Shown here in pieces: positions 1 through 8,837 of a stretch of 32,000 nt of DNA. Below the pieces are notes generated by a model. It was not told the DNA's origin. It did no database searches and saw nothing but the letters and a program-made list of their open reading frames with translations. Each line of letters opens with the position of its first letter. The first letter of the stretch is position 1. Source of the DNA: an uncultured bacterium. GTDB lineage: Bacteria > GCA-001730085. The position numbers were made by a program, and so were the translations under genes. The stretch lies in contig CAZMGY010000011.1 of assembly GCA_964565945.1 (NCBI GenBank), positions 60,001 to 92,000 of the forward strand. The letters are read 5' to 3'.

Positions 1-290
1 GGGTGACGACGAATCATTTTGTCGCTAATATCTTGCAGAACATCCTTAAGATCAAATCGATCGAACTCTTGAGCCATTTGACAGTGGAAAATCACTTGAA
101 ACAAAACATCGCCGAGTTCTTCTTTAAAGTTTTCCCAGTCTTTGTTTTCGATGGCATCAATTAGCTCGTAAACCTCTTCCACTAAGTAGTTTTTGATGCT
201 GTTGTGATCTTGTTGCTTATCCCAAGGGCACCCCTGGGGGCCTCGAAGTTTGGCCATCACTTCGACGAGTCTTATCAGTTCTTTGTCCAT
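1..290 (-). CDS. mazG: MazG-family nucleoside triphosphate pyrophosphohydrolase, N-terminal part (gene runs off the left edge)
   Basis: Reverse-complement translation from the ATG at complement 288-290 reads MDKELIRLVEVMAKLRGPQGCPWDKQQDHNSIKNYLVEEVYELIDAIENKDWENFKEELGDVLFQVIFHCQMAQE... It carries the MazG hallmarks GCPWD..Q.H, EE.YE and EELGD.L. It is missing from the ORF track because the window edge truncates it. Confidence 0.8.
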   Translation of the reverse strand, partial: MDKELIRLVEVMAKLRGPQGCPWDKQQDHNSIKNYLVEEVYELIDAIENKDWENFKEELGDVLFQVIFHCQMAQEFDRFDLKDVLQDISDKMIRRH

Positions 291-302
291 TATGTATCCT
301 TT

Positions 303-357
303 ATTTTGTGCGGATTCCGTGGTCAGGTCACGGAATGACATGAGGATACCACAAAAT
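303..357. promoter_or_regulatory. Nested inverted repeats in the mazG/trpE divergent promoter region (candidate operator or leader hairpin)
   Basis: ATTTTGTG (303-310) pairs with CACAAAAT (350-357), and ATTCCGTG (314-321) pairs with CACGGAAT (329-336). This gives four copies of the 8-mer ATTYYGTG, two direct and two inverted. A TGnTATCAT extended -10-like box lies at 381-389. Confidence 0.3.
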
Positions 358-417
358 GAGGGATCCAACAGTAAGACTTATGATATCATAGGCTCTTGTT
401 GTGAATAGGAACATAGT

Positions 418-1935
418 ATGAAATACCCTAATAAAGAAACCTTTTTAGAACGTGCTCAAGATAAACAAAGCAACTTGTTGGGGGTGCGCACCGAGCTTCA
501 TAATGACGCCTTAACGCCGATGGCTGTGTTTCGTTCTCTTCAAGAGCAGAGTAATGATGCATTTTTATTGGAAAGTGTTGAGCATGGCAAACAAATGGGG
601 CGTTACACTTTTGTTGGACTTGATTCTGTGGCTGTGATCGTTTATCAGGAGGGGGTTTTGCATATTCAGCACAAAGGACAAGATGATTTGCGCCAATCAT
701 GTTGTGATCCTTTTCCTTTGATTCGAGACTACTTGTCACTCTTTAAACCCTTATTTGAAGGAGGTGATATTCCGCCTTTTGTTGGGGGAGCTGTGGGCTA
801 TATTGGTTACGATGTGATTCGGGTGGCCGAGGACATTCCTCAAACAGTGAAAGATGATTTGCAGATTCCCGATATTTTTTTGATGGTGACCGATCGTGTT
901 TTGGTTTTTGATCATTTGAAACATAAAATTCATGTGGTTGGTTCAGCTTATTTGGATGACGATCGTTCCAAAGACCATTTGCTGGATATCTATGATACTA
1001 CCTGTGGGGATATCGATGCTTTTATTGACACTTCGCTTTGTCATTTTAAGGTTGATGTGGGTGCCGCTGTGGGTAGAAGCCAGAGTGTGATAATCACTCC
1101 CGAAGACTGCGAAGCCATGTCGAATCAAACTTCGGAGGATTATAAGCAAGCGGTGCTTAAGGCTAAAGACTATATTGTGGCAGGTGATATATTGCAGGTT
1201 GTGTTGTCACAACGTTTTGCTGTTCCCACAAAGGCGGACCCCTTGGATATTTATTGCGTCTTAAGGTCGTTGAATCCTTCTCCATATATGTTTTACTTTA
1301 AATGTGGTTCTTTCGTTTTGACAGGGTCTTCTCCAGAAACGATGGTGCGTTTGCAGGATGGAGGGGTGTTAACAAAGCCGATGGCAGGTACACGTCCGAG
1401 AGGTGCCACTGATGAAGAGGATCAGGCCTTGGCTCAAGAGTTGCTCGATGATCCTAAAGAGCGAGCCGAACATTTAATGTTGGTTGATTTGGGGCGTAAT
1501 GATATTGGGCGGATTGCCAAAGCGAGTTCTGTTGAGGTGAATACTTTTATGGCTGTCGAGAAATATTCTCATGTGATGCATATTGTTTCCGAAGTGGAAG
1601 GGCGTATTTTGGAGGATTTGGATTCTTTTGACGCTGTGTTGGCGACATTTCCTGCTGGGACTTTGTCGGGAGCTCCTAAAATTCGTGCTATGGAAATTAT
1701 TGATGAGTTAGAACCCACCAAGCGAGCTACCTACGGTGGTTTGGCGGGGTATTTTGGTTTTGATGGCCATATGGATACGTGCATTACGATTCGCTCTATG
1801 GTGTGCAAAGACGGCAAAGCTTATGTGCAGGCTGGGGCTGGGATTGTGGCTGATTCTGACCCCGATAAAGAGTATCAAGAATGCATGAATAAAGCCATGG
1901 CTGTGATTCGGGCTATTAAATTGGCAGAAGGGTAA
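418..1935 (+). CDS. trpE: Anthranilate synthase component I
   Basis: 505 aa with the motifs [63 protein letters not shown] and [12 protein letters not shown]. Followed by trpG/D/C. Confidence 0.95.
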   Translation: MKYPNKETFLERAQDKQSNLLGVRTELHNDALTPMAVFRSLQEQSNDAFLLESVEHGKQMGRYTFVGLDSVAVIVYQEGVLHIQHKGQDDLRQSCCDPFPLIRDYLSLFKPLFEGGDIPPFVGGAVGYIGYDVIRVAEDIPQTVKDDLQIPDIFLMVTDRVLVFDHLKHKIHVVGSAYLDDDRSKDHLLDIYDTTCGDIDAFIDTSLCHFKVDVGAAVGRSQSVIITPEDCEAMSNQTSEDYKQAVLKAKDYIVAGDILQVVLSQRFAVPTKADPLDIYCVLRSLNPSPYMFYFKCGSFVLTGSSPETMVRLQDGGVLTKPMAGTRPRGATDEEDQALAQELLDDPKERAEHLMLVDLGRNDIGRIAKASSVEVNTFMAVEKYSHVMHIVSEVEGRILEDLDSFDAVLATFPAGTLSGAPKIRAMEIIDELEPTKRATYGGLAGYFGFDGHMDTCITIRSMVCKDGKAYVQAGAGIVADSDPDKEYQECMNKAMAVIRAIKLAEG

Positions 1936-2000
1936 GAGAATTTGACTTCGGGGTCCAAGAGTTTAAGATAAATCTAGATGATAGAAAAGAACTGAAGCCG

Positions 2001-2585
2001 ATGATTTTGATGATAGATAACTACGACTCGTTTGTGTACAACTTATACCAGTATTTGCTTATGCTTGGCAAAGATGTGCAAGTTGTTAGGAATGATAAAC
2101 TTACTTTGAGTGATGTTGACGAGCTGAATCCCGAAGCACTTGTGATTTCGCCAGGGCCGTGCACGCCTCTTGAGGCGGGTTTGTCTGTGCCCGTGATTCA
2201 GGAGTTTTATGGACGCAAACCCATTTTGGGGATTTGTTTGGGGCATCAAAGCATTGGTTATGCCTTTGGGGCCACGGTGCGCCGAGCCTCTCGTGTGATG
2301 CATGGTAAAACATCGATGATTAATCACACGGACCAAGGAGTCTTTAGTGGCTTGGATAATCCTTTAGAAGTGATGCGCTACCATTCCTTGGTGGTCGATG
2401 CTGATACCCTCTCGGATAATTTTGAAATAACGGCCATATCCGAGGACGATGGAGAGATTATGGGTATGCGTCATAAGAAGCATTTACTCGAAGGGATTCA
2501 ATTTCATCCTGAGTCAATTATGACGCCTCAAGGAATGGACATGTTAAGGAACTTTTTGAACGATGTTGAAGCCTTTTATTCATAA
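2001..2585 (+). CDS. trpG: Anthranilate synthase component II (glutamine amidotransferase; could also serve PabA)
   Basis: 194 aa. Class-I GATase triad context GICLGHQ (Cys), HGK, RYHSL and QFHPES. Sits between trpE and trpD. Confidence 0.92.
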   Translation: MILMIDNYDSFVYNLYQYLLMLGKDVQVVRNDKLTLSDVDELNPEALVISPGPCTPLEAGLSVPVIQEFYGRKPILGICLGHQSIGYAFGATVRRASRVMHGKTSMINHTDQGVFSGLDNPLEVMRYHSLVVDADTLSDNFEITAISEDDGEIMGMRHKKHLLEGIQFHPESIMTPQGMDMLRNFLNDVEAFYS

Positions 2586-3564
2586 AATCATCGATAAGCA
2601 ATCGTTAAGCCAGGACGAAGCGATGCAAGCTTTATCCTTGATTATGCAAGGACAGGTGTGCGAAGCTCAGTTGGCAGCTTTTTTAGTAGCTTTGCGTATG
2701 AAAGGTGAGTCGGTGGCTGAAATTATTGGTTGTGTTCGTGCCATGTGTGAGCAAATGGTCGCGATTCATCCACAAACCGCGGCTGTGCAAGTGGACACTT
2801 GTGGTACTGGTGGCGATGCCTTAGGAACCTTTAATATTTCGACAGTGGGGGCTGTTGTGGCTGCCGGCGCGGGTTTGTGTGTGGCTAAACACGGCAATCG
2901 TGCGGTTTCGAGTCGCAGTGGCAGTGCCGAGGTTTTGAAAGAATTGGGTTTTCCAGTCGATGTCACACCCGAAGAAGCACAGCAACTTTTGCAAAGGCAT
3001 GGTTTTGCTTTTTTGTTTGCGCCGACTTTTCACCCAGCGATGGAGCATGTAGTAGGTGTGCGCCGTGATTTAGCGATTCGTACGATTTTTAATGTGTTAG
3101 GTCCTTTGTGTAATCCGGCTGGTGTGAAGCATCAGGTGATCGGTGTTTTTGCCAAAGAATGGTTACGTCGATTGGCAGACGTTTTGAAAAATTTGGGATC
3201 GGAACATGTGCTGTTAGTACATGGACATGATGGTGTGGATGAATTTTCCTTAACGGGTTTAAGCGATGTTGTCGAACTTTTGCCAAATGGCGAAATCAAA
3301 GAATACAGCTTTGACCCCTCTTCCTTAGGTTTGTCCTTATGTACCTTGAATGATTTGCAGGGGGGGGGAGCCAAAGATAATGCCGAGATTGCACGCGATG
3401 TTCTTAATGGAGCTAAGGGACCTAGACGCGATATGGTTTGCTTGAATGCTGCGGCTGTTATCTACGTTGGTGGATTAGCTAATTCTTTGCAAGAGGGGCT
3501 TGCCTTGGCTTATCGATCGATAGATTCGGGAAAAGCTCTGAAAGCCTTAAATGTTAAACGCTAA
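2563..3564 (+). CDS. trpD: Anthranilate phosphoribosyltransferase
   Basis: 333 aa with the motifs [31 protein letters not shown] and [30 protein letters not shown]. The start overlaps the trpG end by 23 nt. Confidence 0.95.
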   Translation: MLKPFIHKIIDKQSLSQDEAMQALSLIMQGQVCEAQLAAFLVALRMKGESVAEIIGCVRAMCEQMVAIHPQTAAVQVDTCGTGGDALGTFNISTVGAVVAAGAGLCVAKHGNRAVSSRSGSAEVLKELGFPVDVTPEEAQQLLQRHGFAFLFAPTFHPAMEHVVGVRRDLAIRTIFNVLGPLCNPAGVKHQVIGVFAKEWLRRLADVLKNLGSEHVLLVHGHDGVDEFSLTGLSDVVELLPNGEIKEYSFDPSSLGLSLCTLNDLQGGGAKDNAEIARDVLNGAKGPRRDMVCLNAAAVIYVGGLANSLQEGLALAYRSIDSGKALKALNVKR

Positions 3565-3579
3565 ATGTGAATTGAAACA

Positions 3580-4374
3580 ATGTCTTTTTTACAAAAAATT
3601 GAAGGTATCAAGCAGCAGGAAATCGCTGATCGCAAAGCGGTTGTTTCGTTAGACGAAATCAAACAGCAATGTGCGGCGCGGGACAGGGCTAGTGCCTCAG
3701 GTTTTATTGAATCTCTTAAGAAAGTCCAAACCTTGGCGGTGATTGCCGAAGTGAAAGGGTCTTCACCCTCGCAAGGTGTGATTCAAGAAGCGTTTGACCC
3801 CGTTGAAGTCGCCACTGGTTACGAAAGCTCGGGAGCTTGTGCGATTTCGATTCTGACCGATCAGAGCTACTTTAATGGGCATGCTGATTTTTTGAAAGCA
3901 ATTGCCAAACAGGTTCAAATTCCTTGTTTGCAAAAAGATTTTGTGATTGATCCTTACCAGATTTACGAAGGAAAGCTTTTGGGGGCTTCGGCGCTTCTTT
4001 TGATTGTGAGAATGCTGAGTTTGCAGCAGTTCCAAAATTTGCATGGCTTGGCTGATGAGTTGGGTCTTGATGTTTTGGTCGAGGTTCACGATCAAGATGA
4101 ACTTGTTTTGATTGAAAGTTGCAAAAATGTTAGACTTTTAGGTATCAACAACCGTAATTTGGATGATCTTTCGGTAGATATTAAGCGATGTTTGGTTTTG
4201 AAAAAGCACGTTCCTTTTGAAGATGTTGTTTTGGTGGCCGAAAGCGGTTTGGAAACCAGCGAAGATTTGCATCGGATGCGAGACGCGGGCTTTGATGCCG
4301 TTTTGATGGGGACATCCCTCATGCGAACTGGTGAGCCAGCTAAGCGGTTAAAGGAGCTAATGAATGAACTTTAA
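3580..4374 (+). CDS. trpC: Indole-3-glycerol-phosphate synthase (monofunctional, no TrpF domain)
   Basis: 264 aa with the motifs IAEVKGSSPSQG, SILTD..YF.G, LQKDF..DPYQI, LVEVH and GINNRNL. Confidence 0.93.
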   Translation: MSFLQKIEGIKQQEIADRKAVVSLDEIKQQCAARDRASASGFIESLKKVQTLAVIAEVKGSSPSQGVIQEAFDPVEVATGYESSGACAISILTDQSYFNGHADFLKAIAKQVQIPCLQKDFVIDPYQIYEGKLLGASALLLIVRMLSLQQFQNLHGLADELGLDVLVEVHDQDELVLIESCKNVRLLGINNRNLDDLSVDIKRCLVLKKHVPFEDVVLVAESGLETSEDLHRMRDAGFDAVLMGTSLMRTGEPAKRLKELMNEL

Positions 4375-4598
4375 TGCTCAATGTTATGAGCTTTTGCGGC
4401 AGGTGCCTTGCCATCAAAGTGGTTAGGTCTAATGGAGAACTTGGAGGCTTTGTGTATAACTCAGATCGTAAAATTTAAATTCTTCAAGATGAGGAGATTG
4501 TGATCAAAGACGGCAAAATTATCGATTTCGAACAGGGTTTTTTCTACTCGGTGCACTCGTCAAAAATAGTTGGAATTATGTTAAAATGCTCCTTCTAA
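4364..4598 (+). pseudogene. Decayed methylated-DNA-protein-cysteine methyltransferase (MGMT/Ogt C-terminal-domain family) gene
   Basis: Frame 1 from ATG 4364 reads MNFNAQCYELLRQVPCH and stops at TAG 4424-4426. After one extra base at 4415, the next frame reads KVVRSNGELGGFVYNSDRKI*ILQDEEIVIKDGKIIDFEQGFF. Joined, this is the canonical PCH(R/K)VV..(S/D)G.LGG(F/Y) active-site block and the K..LL..EG(I/V) tail. About 33 residues (the HTH region between YELLRQ and VPCH) are missing, and there is an in-frame TAA at 4476-4478. Confidence 0.55.
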
Positions 4599-4623
4599 AC
4601 ATTTTAAGGAGATTGAAGTCATT

Positions 4624-6300
4624 ATGGATTCAAGAAAGTTTTCTAAAAAAGTGGTGGATGGCGCGGATCGGGCTCCGTCCCGCTCGATGTTGCGTGGGGT
4701 AGGTTTTACGACTGAAGATTTTAAAAAACCTGTGATAGGTGTTGCGTCAACTTGGAGCAATGTGACTCCTTGCAATAGCCATATCAATGCTTTAGCTGAT
4801 CAAACCGAAAAAGGTGTGAATCAAGCTGGTGGCAAAGGGGTGATTTTTAATACGATAACCATTTCGGATGGCATTTCGATGGGGAGTGAGGGCATGAAGT
4901 ACTCTTTAGTTTCTCGCGAGGTAATTGCTGACTCGATTGAAACTGTGGTGGGATGCCAGGGCTTCGATGGTTTTGTGGCGATTGGTGGTTGTGACAAAAA
5001 TATGCCTGCCTGTTTGATTGCTATGGCGAGGATGAATCGTCCTTCGATTTTTGTTTATGGTGGAACGATTATGCCAGGCCAATACAAAGGCAAAGATGTT
5101 GATATTATTTCTGTTTTTGAAGCTGTTGGGGCTTATGCTAATAACAAAATCAGTGAAGAGGAATTAACGGAGATTGAAAGTAGTTCTGTTCCTGGTCCAG
5201 GATCGTGCGGAGGTATGTATACCGCTAATACGATGGCTTCGGCGATTGAAGCTTTGGGCATGAGTTTGCCTAATAGTTCGGCACAAGCGGCTATTTCTTT
5301 GGAAAAGAAAAACGATTGTTTGCAAGCAGGAAAAGCTGTTTTACATTTGATTGAAAAAGGTATTTGTCCACAAGATATTATGACCCCAAAAGCGTTCGAA
5401 AATGCAATTACGGTTGTGATTGCATTAGGCGGATCGACCAATGCTGTTTTACATTTGTTGGGCATGGCGCATGCTGCTGGAGTTGAATTAAGCCTTAAAG
5501 ATTTTGAACGTTTGGGTGAAAAAGTTCCTGTTTTGGCGGATCTTAAGCCCAGCGGACGTTTTGTTATGCAGCGTTTGGTCGAGATTGGCGGGATTCAACC
5601 GATGATGAAGACCTTACTCGATACTGGGTATTTGCATGGCGACTGTTTGACCGTGACGGGACAACCCTTGGCTGAAAACTTAGCCGATGTGGCGCCTTAT
5701 CCCGAAGGGCAAGATATTATCCGTTCTTTGGACAATCCGATTAAACCAAACAGCCATTTGGTGATTTGTTATGGAAACTTGGCGTCCGAAGGCTCGGTGG
5801 CCAAAATTTCTGGTAAGGAAGGTCTCCAGTTTAAAGGACGTGCGCGTGTTTTTGATTCCGAAGAAGAGGCTCTGCAACGTATTCTTGATGGAACCATTAT
5901 GGCTGGTGATGTGGTGGTGGTGTGTTACGAAGGGCCTAAAGGGGGGCCAGGTATGCGCGAGATGCTTTCTCTAACATCGGCGGTGATGGGTAAAGGGCTT
6001 GGCCAAGATGTGGCACTTATCACGGATGGCCGTTTTTCGGGAGGAACTCATGGCTTTGTGGTAGGACATATCACTCCTGAGGCTTATGAAGGCGGTCTTT
6101 TAGCGATTGTCCAAGATGGTGATTTGATTTCAATAGATGCTGAATCGAAAGAACTGACTCTGCATGTCGATGATACTGAGATTGACACACGTATGCGTGC
6201 GTGGAGCAAACCTAAGCCCCGTTACACTCGCGGGATTTTGGCCAAATACGCGGATCAGGTGAGCAGTGCATCTGAAGGGGCTGTAACAGATCGTTTTTAA
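4624..6300 (+). CDS. ilvD: Dihydroxy-acid dehydratase
   Basis: 558 aa with the motifs RAPSRSMLRGVGF, GGCDKNMP, PGPGSCGGMYTANTM, GGSTNAVLHL, YEGPKGGPGMREML and ITDGRFSGGTHG. Confidence 0.95.
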   Translation: MDSRKFSKKVVDGADRAPSRSMLRGVGFTTEDFKKPVIGVASTWSNVTPCNSHINALADQTEKGVNQAGGKGVIFNTITISDGISMGSEGMKYSLVSREVIADSIETVVGCQGFDGFVAIGGCDKNMPACLIAMARMNRPSIFVYGGTIMPGQYKGKDVDIISVFEAVGAYANNKISEEELTEIESSSVPGPGSCGGMYTANTMASAIEALGMSLPNSSAQAAISLEKKNDCLQAGKAVLHLIEKGICPQDIMTPKAFENAITVVIALGGSTNAVLHLLGMAHAAGVELSLKDFERLGEKVPVLADLKPSGRFVMQRLVEIGGIQPMMKTLLDTGYLHGDCLTVTGQPLAENLADVAPYPEGQDIIRSLDNPIKPNSHLVICYGNLASEGSVAKISGKEGLQFKGRARVFDSEEEALQRILDGTIMAGDVVVVCYEGPKGGPGMREMLSLTSAVMGKGLGQDVALITDGRFSGGTHGFVVGHITPEAYEGGLLAIVQDGDLISIDAESKELTLHVDDTEIDTRMRAWSKPKPRYTRGILAKYADQVSSASEGAVTDRF

Positions 6301-6454
6301 TTCTTTGTGTAGCTGGTGTCGTATTGTGGCCCGCTGGTTAAGCTGGAGGGTGCTAGGGTTTTGAATTTTATGTCATTTTTGCGAGAGGGATGACGAGAGA
6401 GCAAATTTGAAGCTAAGAAAAATCAACATGGTTGATCTAGAAGGATAGCAATTA

Positions 6455-7165
6455 ATGTACTTGCATGGTAAAAATTCTGTCCGGGAGCGTTTGCTGTATC
6501 AGCCCGATACTATTCGACAAATTTGGATGCGGGATAACTTTGATGATGCTAGCATAATCCCGTTGCTGTACGCTCACAAAGTTGCGTTCAAAAAATGCTC
6601 CGACAAAGATGTAGGACGCTACGTTCCAGGAAAAAAACACCAAGGGATTGTTGCTGAGGTGGCCGATTTTACCTATGCGTTGCTGGATGATGTGGTGAAC
6701 GATCCGCAACAACCCACATTAATGTTTTTGGACAAAGTGCAAGATCCGCAGAACTTGGGTGGGATTATGCGAACCTTGGCCTGTTTTGGAGGTATTGTTT
6801 TGTGTATCTCCAAGCATAAGTCGTGCAGCGTGAACGAGACCGTTTTGCATGTGGCGGCAGGGGCGGATAATTATTTGCAAGTGGTTCAAGTATCCAATAC
6901 GATCAATGCCTTGGTTAAAGTGAAGCAAGCAGGGTATTGGACGGTTGGCATGGTTGTTGACGAAGGTAAGCCCCTTGATCGCGATTCGCTGGTCTTTCCT
7001 TTGGCAGTTGTTTTGGGTTCCGAAGGCGAAGGGATTGGTCCTTCGGTGCAAAAGTATTTGGATTTTTCGGTTACGATTCCGATGTATGGTGCCGACTTAT
7101 CCTTTAACGTGAGCATCGCAGCTGCTATATTAGCCTATGAATGTGTTCAGCAAAAGAAAGGTTAG
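6455..7165 (+). CDS. rlmB: SpoU/TrmH-family RNA 2'-O-ribose methyltransferase, RlmB-like
   Basis: 236 aa. The N-terminus GKNSVRERL looks like a SpoU substrate-binding domain. SpoU methylase motifs present: DPQNLGGIMRTLACFG, VLGSEGEGI and IPMYG...SFNVSIAAAILAYE. Specific target assignment is by family resemblance only. Confidence 0.7.
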   Translation: MYLHGKNSVRERLLYQPDTIRQIWMRDNFDDASIIPLLYAHKVAFKKCSDKDVGRYVPGKKHQGIVAEVADFTYALLDDVVNDPQQPTLMFLDKVQDPQNLGGIMRTLACFGGIVLCISKHKSCSVNETVLHVAAGADNYLQVVQVSNTINALVKVKQAGYWTVGMVVDEGKPLDRDSLVFPLAVVLGSEGEGIGPSVQKYLDFSVTIPMYGADLSFNVSIAAAILAYECVQQKKG

Positions 7166-7173
7166 GTGAAGTT

Positions 7174-8490
7174 ATGGCGGGGTCTTTAATTATAAGACAA
7201 GCAATAGTTGTGTCGTCGGAAAAATCGTTTGTGGCGGATATTTTGATCCGCAAGGGTAAATTTGTATCGATTGAGCCCACCATTGGGCACGATGCTGGAG
7301 AAGAAATCAATGGTCGGGGTCTTCATTTGATTCCGGGAGTTTTGGATCCGCAAGTACATTTTCGTGATCCTGGGATGACTTGGAAAGAAGATTTGGAGAC
7401 AGGTTCAAAAGCAGCTGCTTCGGGGGGTGTGACTAGTTTTTTTGAAATGCCTAACACCAATCCTCCAACCATTAATGCTACTGCGATTAAAGCCAAAAAA
7501 GATTTGGCGCGTGAGAAATCTTTGGTTAATTTTAACTTTTTTATTGGTGCGACGCCCGATAACTTAGATGAGTTGAATAACACACCTAATGTGTGTGGTA
7601 TTAAGATTTTTATGGGTTCGTCGACGGGAACATTATTGGTACATAAGCCAGAGGACTTGGAGCGTATCTTTGCCAACGGGACACGCTTAATTGCAGTGCA
7701 TGCCGAAGATGAAGAGCGGATTCGTTTGAACACCGAGAAATACGCGGGAACCGCGGATGTTTCGGAGCATGCCCGCATTCGTGATGTTGAAACAGCCGTG
7801 TTGGCTACACGCCAGGGAGTGTCTTTGTCGCGCCGTTTTCAACGACGTTTGCATATTTTACATATGACGACTGCCGAAGAAGCCGAAATTATTCGCACCG
7901 AAAAAAGGAGTGCTCCGATCAGTGCCGAGGTGTGTCCCCAGCACTTTTTGTTACATGCTCCCGAAGTTTATGAGAAATTGGGTACCTTGGCTCAAATGAA
8001 CCCTCCCTTGCGTGATAAGCGTCATGGAGAAGTCTTATGGCAATCTCTCAAAGACGGTGTGATCGACTGCATTGCTACCGATCATGCCCCTCATACTTTG
8101 GAAGAAAAAAATCAACCTTATGGCAAAGCTCCTTCGGGGATGCCAGGGGTAGAAACGTCTCTGCCGATGATGCTTAACCGCGTTAATCAGGGGTTGTGTA
8201 TCTTGCAAGATGTGGTCAAATGGATGTGCGAAAAGCCGGTAGAGCTTTATAAAGTCAAAAATAAGGGCTATATTCGCCCTGGGTTTGATGCCGATTGTGT
8301 TTTGGTCGATATGAAGAAGACCAAAATGATTGAAAATGGCAAGCTTTATGCTAAAGTCAACTGGAGTCCTTATAATGGTTGGATCACCCAAGGTTGGCCG
8401 ATCATGACCTTTGTGAATGGTAATCTCGTTTTTCGTGAAGGGGACTTTTTTATCGAGAAAAAAGGTAAAGAAATCAAAATTGCGGATTAG
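7174..8490 (+). CDS. pyrC: Dihydroorotase (cyclic amidohydrolase superfamily)
   Basis: Motifs DPQVHFRDPG, GGVTSFFEMPNTNPP, GIKIFMGSSTG, AVHAEDE, LHILHMTT, NPPLR and ATDHAPH. I prefer ATG 7174 (MAGSLII..., purine-rich AAAGGTTAGGTGAA just upstream) over the track start 7141, which overlaps the preceding gene. Confidence 0.85.
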   Translation: MAGSLIIRQAIVVSSEKSFVADILIRKGKFVSIEPTIGHDAGEEINGRGLHLIPGVLDPQVHFRDPGMTWKEDLETGSKAAASGGVTSFFEMPNTNPPTINATAIKAKKDLAREKSLVNFNFFIGATPDNLDELNNTPNVCGIKIFMGSSTGTLLVHKPEDLERIFANGTRLIAVHAEDEERIRLNTEKYAGTADVSEHARIRDVETAVLATRQGVSLSRRFQRRLHILHMTTAEEAEIIRTEKRSAPISAEVCPQHFLLHAPEVYEKLGTLAQMNPPLRDKRHGEVLWQSLKDGVIDCIATDHAPHTLEEKNQPYGKAPSGMPGVETSLPMMLNRVNQGLCILQDVVKWMCEKPVELYKVKNKGYIRPGFDADCVLVDMKKTKMIENGKLYAKVNWSPYNGWITQGWPIMTFVNGNLVFREGDFFIEKKGKEIKIAD

Positions 8491-8491
8491 C

Positions 8492-8521
8492 TTGACATAT
8501 GAGGGGTCTATTCCGTATAAT
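8492..8521 (+). promoter_or_regulatory. Sigma-70-type promoter for the tRNA-Cys/tRNA-Leu pair
   Basis: Consensus TTGACA (8492-8497), an 18-nt spacer, then consensus TATAAT (8516-8521). It ends 15 nt before the first tRNA. Confidence 0.55.
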
Positions 8522-8536
8522 GGTGGATTTATTTAT

Positions 8537-8608
8537 GGCGACATGGCCAAGTGGTAAGGCAGGAGCCTGCAAAGCTTTTATCCCCCAGTTCGAATCTGGG
8601 TGTCGCCT
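8537..8608 (+). tRNA. tRNA-Cys (anticodon GCA)
   Basis: Hand-folded cloverleaf. Acceptor GGCGACA/TGTCGCC, anticodon arm GGAGC-CTGCAAA-GCTTT, T arm CCCAG-TTCGAAT-CTGGG, 5-nt variable loop. 72 nt, no encoded CCA. Confidence 0.9.
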
Positions 8609-8633
8609 AAAAAAAATTAGGTATTGATTTTTT

Positions 8634-8719
8634 GGGTGAGTGGTGGAACTGGTAGACACGAGGGACTTAAAATCCCTTGGCCCTTTGTAGTTGTGCGGGT
8701 TCAAGTCCCGCCTCGCCCA
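8634..8719 (+). tRNA. tRNA-Leu (anticodon UAA), type II with long variable arm
   Basis: Acceptor GGGTGAG/CTCGCCC (one G-U pair), anticodon arm AGGGA-CTTAAAA-TCCCT, long variable arm, T arm GCGGG-TTCAAGT-CCCGC. 86 nt. Confidence 0.9.
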
Positions 8720-8837
8720 AAAAATTTCTTTTCTTCTAAAACACTCTCTCTTTTAATGACAATCTAAGGAGATGTCTTTACAATTAGGGGCAAAGGTATA
8801 CCCGTGGGTTGGCTTTTATTTTAAGGGGATATCAATT

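Noticed and set aside
291-417. Classical trp attenuation signals upstream of trpE (Trp-rich leader peptide, T-box, TRAP (G/U)AG repeats)
   Set aside because: The short ORFs here (MRIPQNEGSNSKTYDIIGSCCE*, MRDPTVRLMIS*) contain no Trp codons. I saw no T-box consensus. There are only five scattered GAG/TAG triplets with irregular spacing.
3360-3368. G9 homopolymer inside trpD as a possible phase-variation tract
   Set aside because: It encodes the conserved Gly-Gly(-Gly) of the TrpD L.GG motif (cag ggg ggg gga) in a biosynthetic gene with no contingency-locus context. It is more a sequencing-error hotspot than a switch, and worth only a read-depth check.
6312-6346. Three GCTGG repeats (one as GCTGGTG, Chi-like) after ilvD
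   Set aside because: These are short pentamers with irregular spacing. Chi sequences are lineage-specific, and there is no basis to assign function here. No convincing ilvD terminator hairpin was found either.
6422-6436. Palindrome ATCAACatgGTTGAT upstream of the RlmB-like gene
   Set aside because: It has only 6-bp arms with a 3-nt spacer and is a single occurrence. It is too short to distinguish from chance.
7141-7173. Longer N-terminal extensions offered by the ORF track. This entry covers pyrC; the same issue applies at 8772 (DUF1015), 15385 (dxs), 17319 (PilZ) and 30433 (murC).
   Set aside because: In each case an internal ATG is preceded by a good SD, removes an overlap with the upstream gene, and matches where the family's conserved N-terminus begins.
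8474-8704. 76-aa minus-strand ORF
   Set aside because: It spans both tRNA genes and their consensus promoter. The tRNA cloverleaves explain the sequence.
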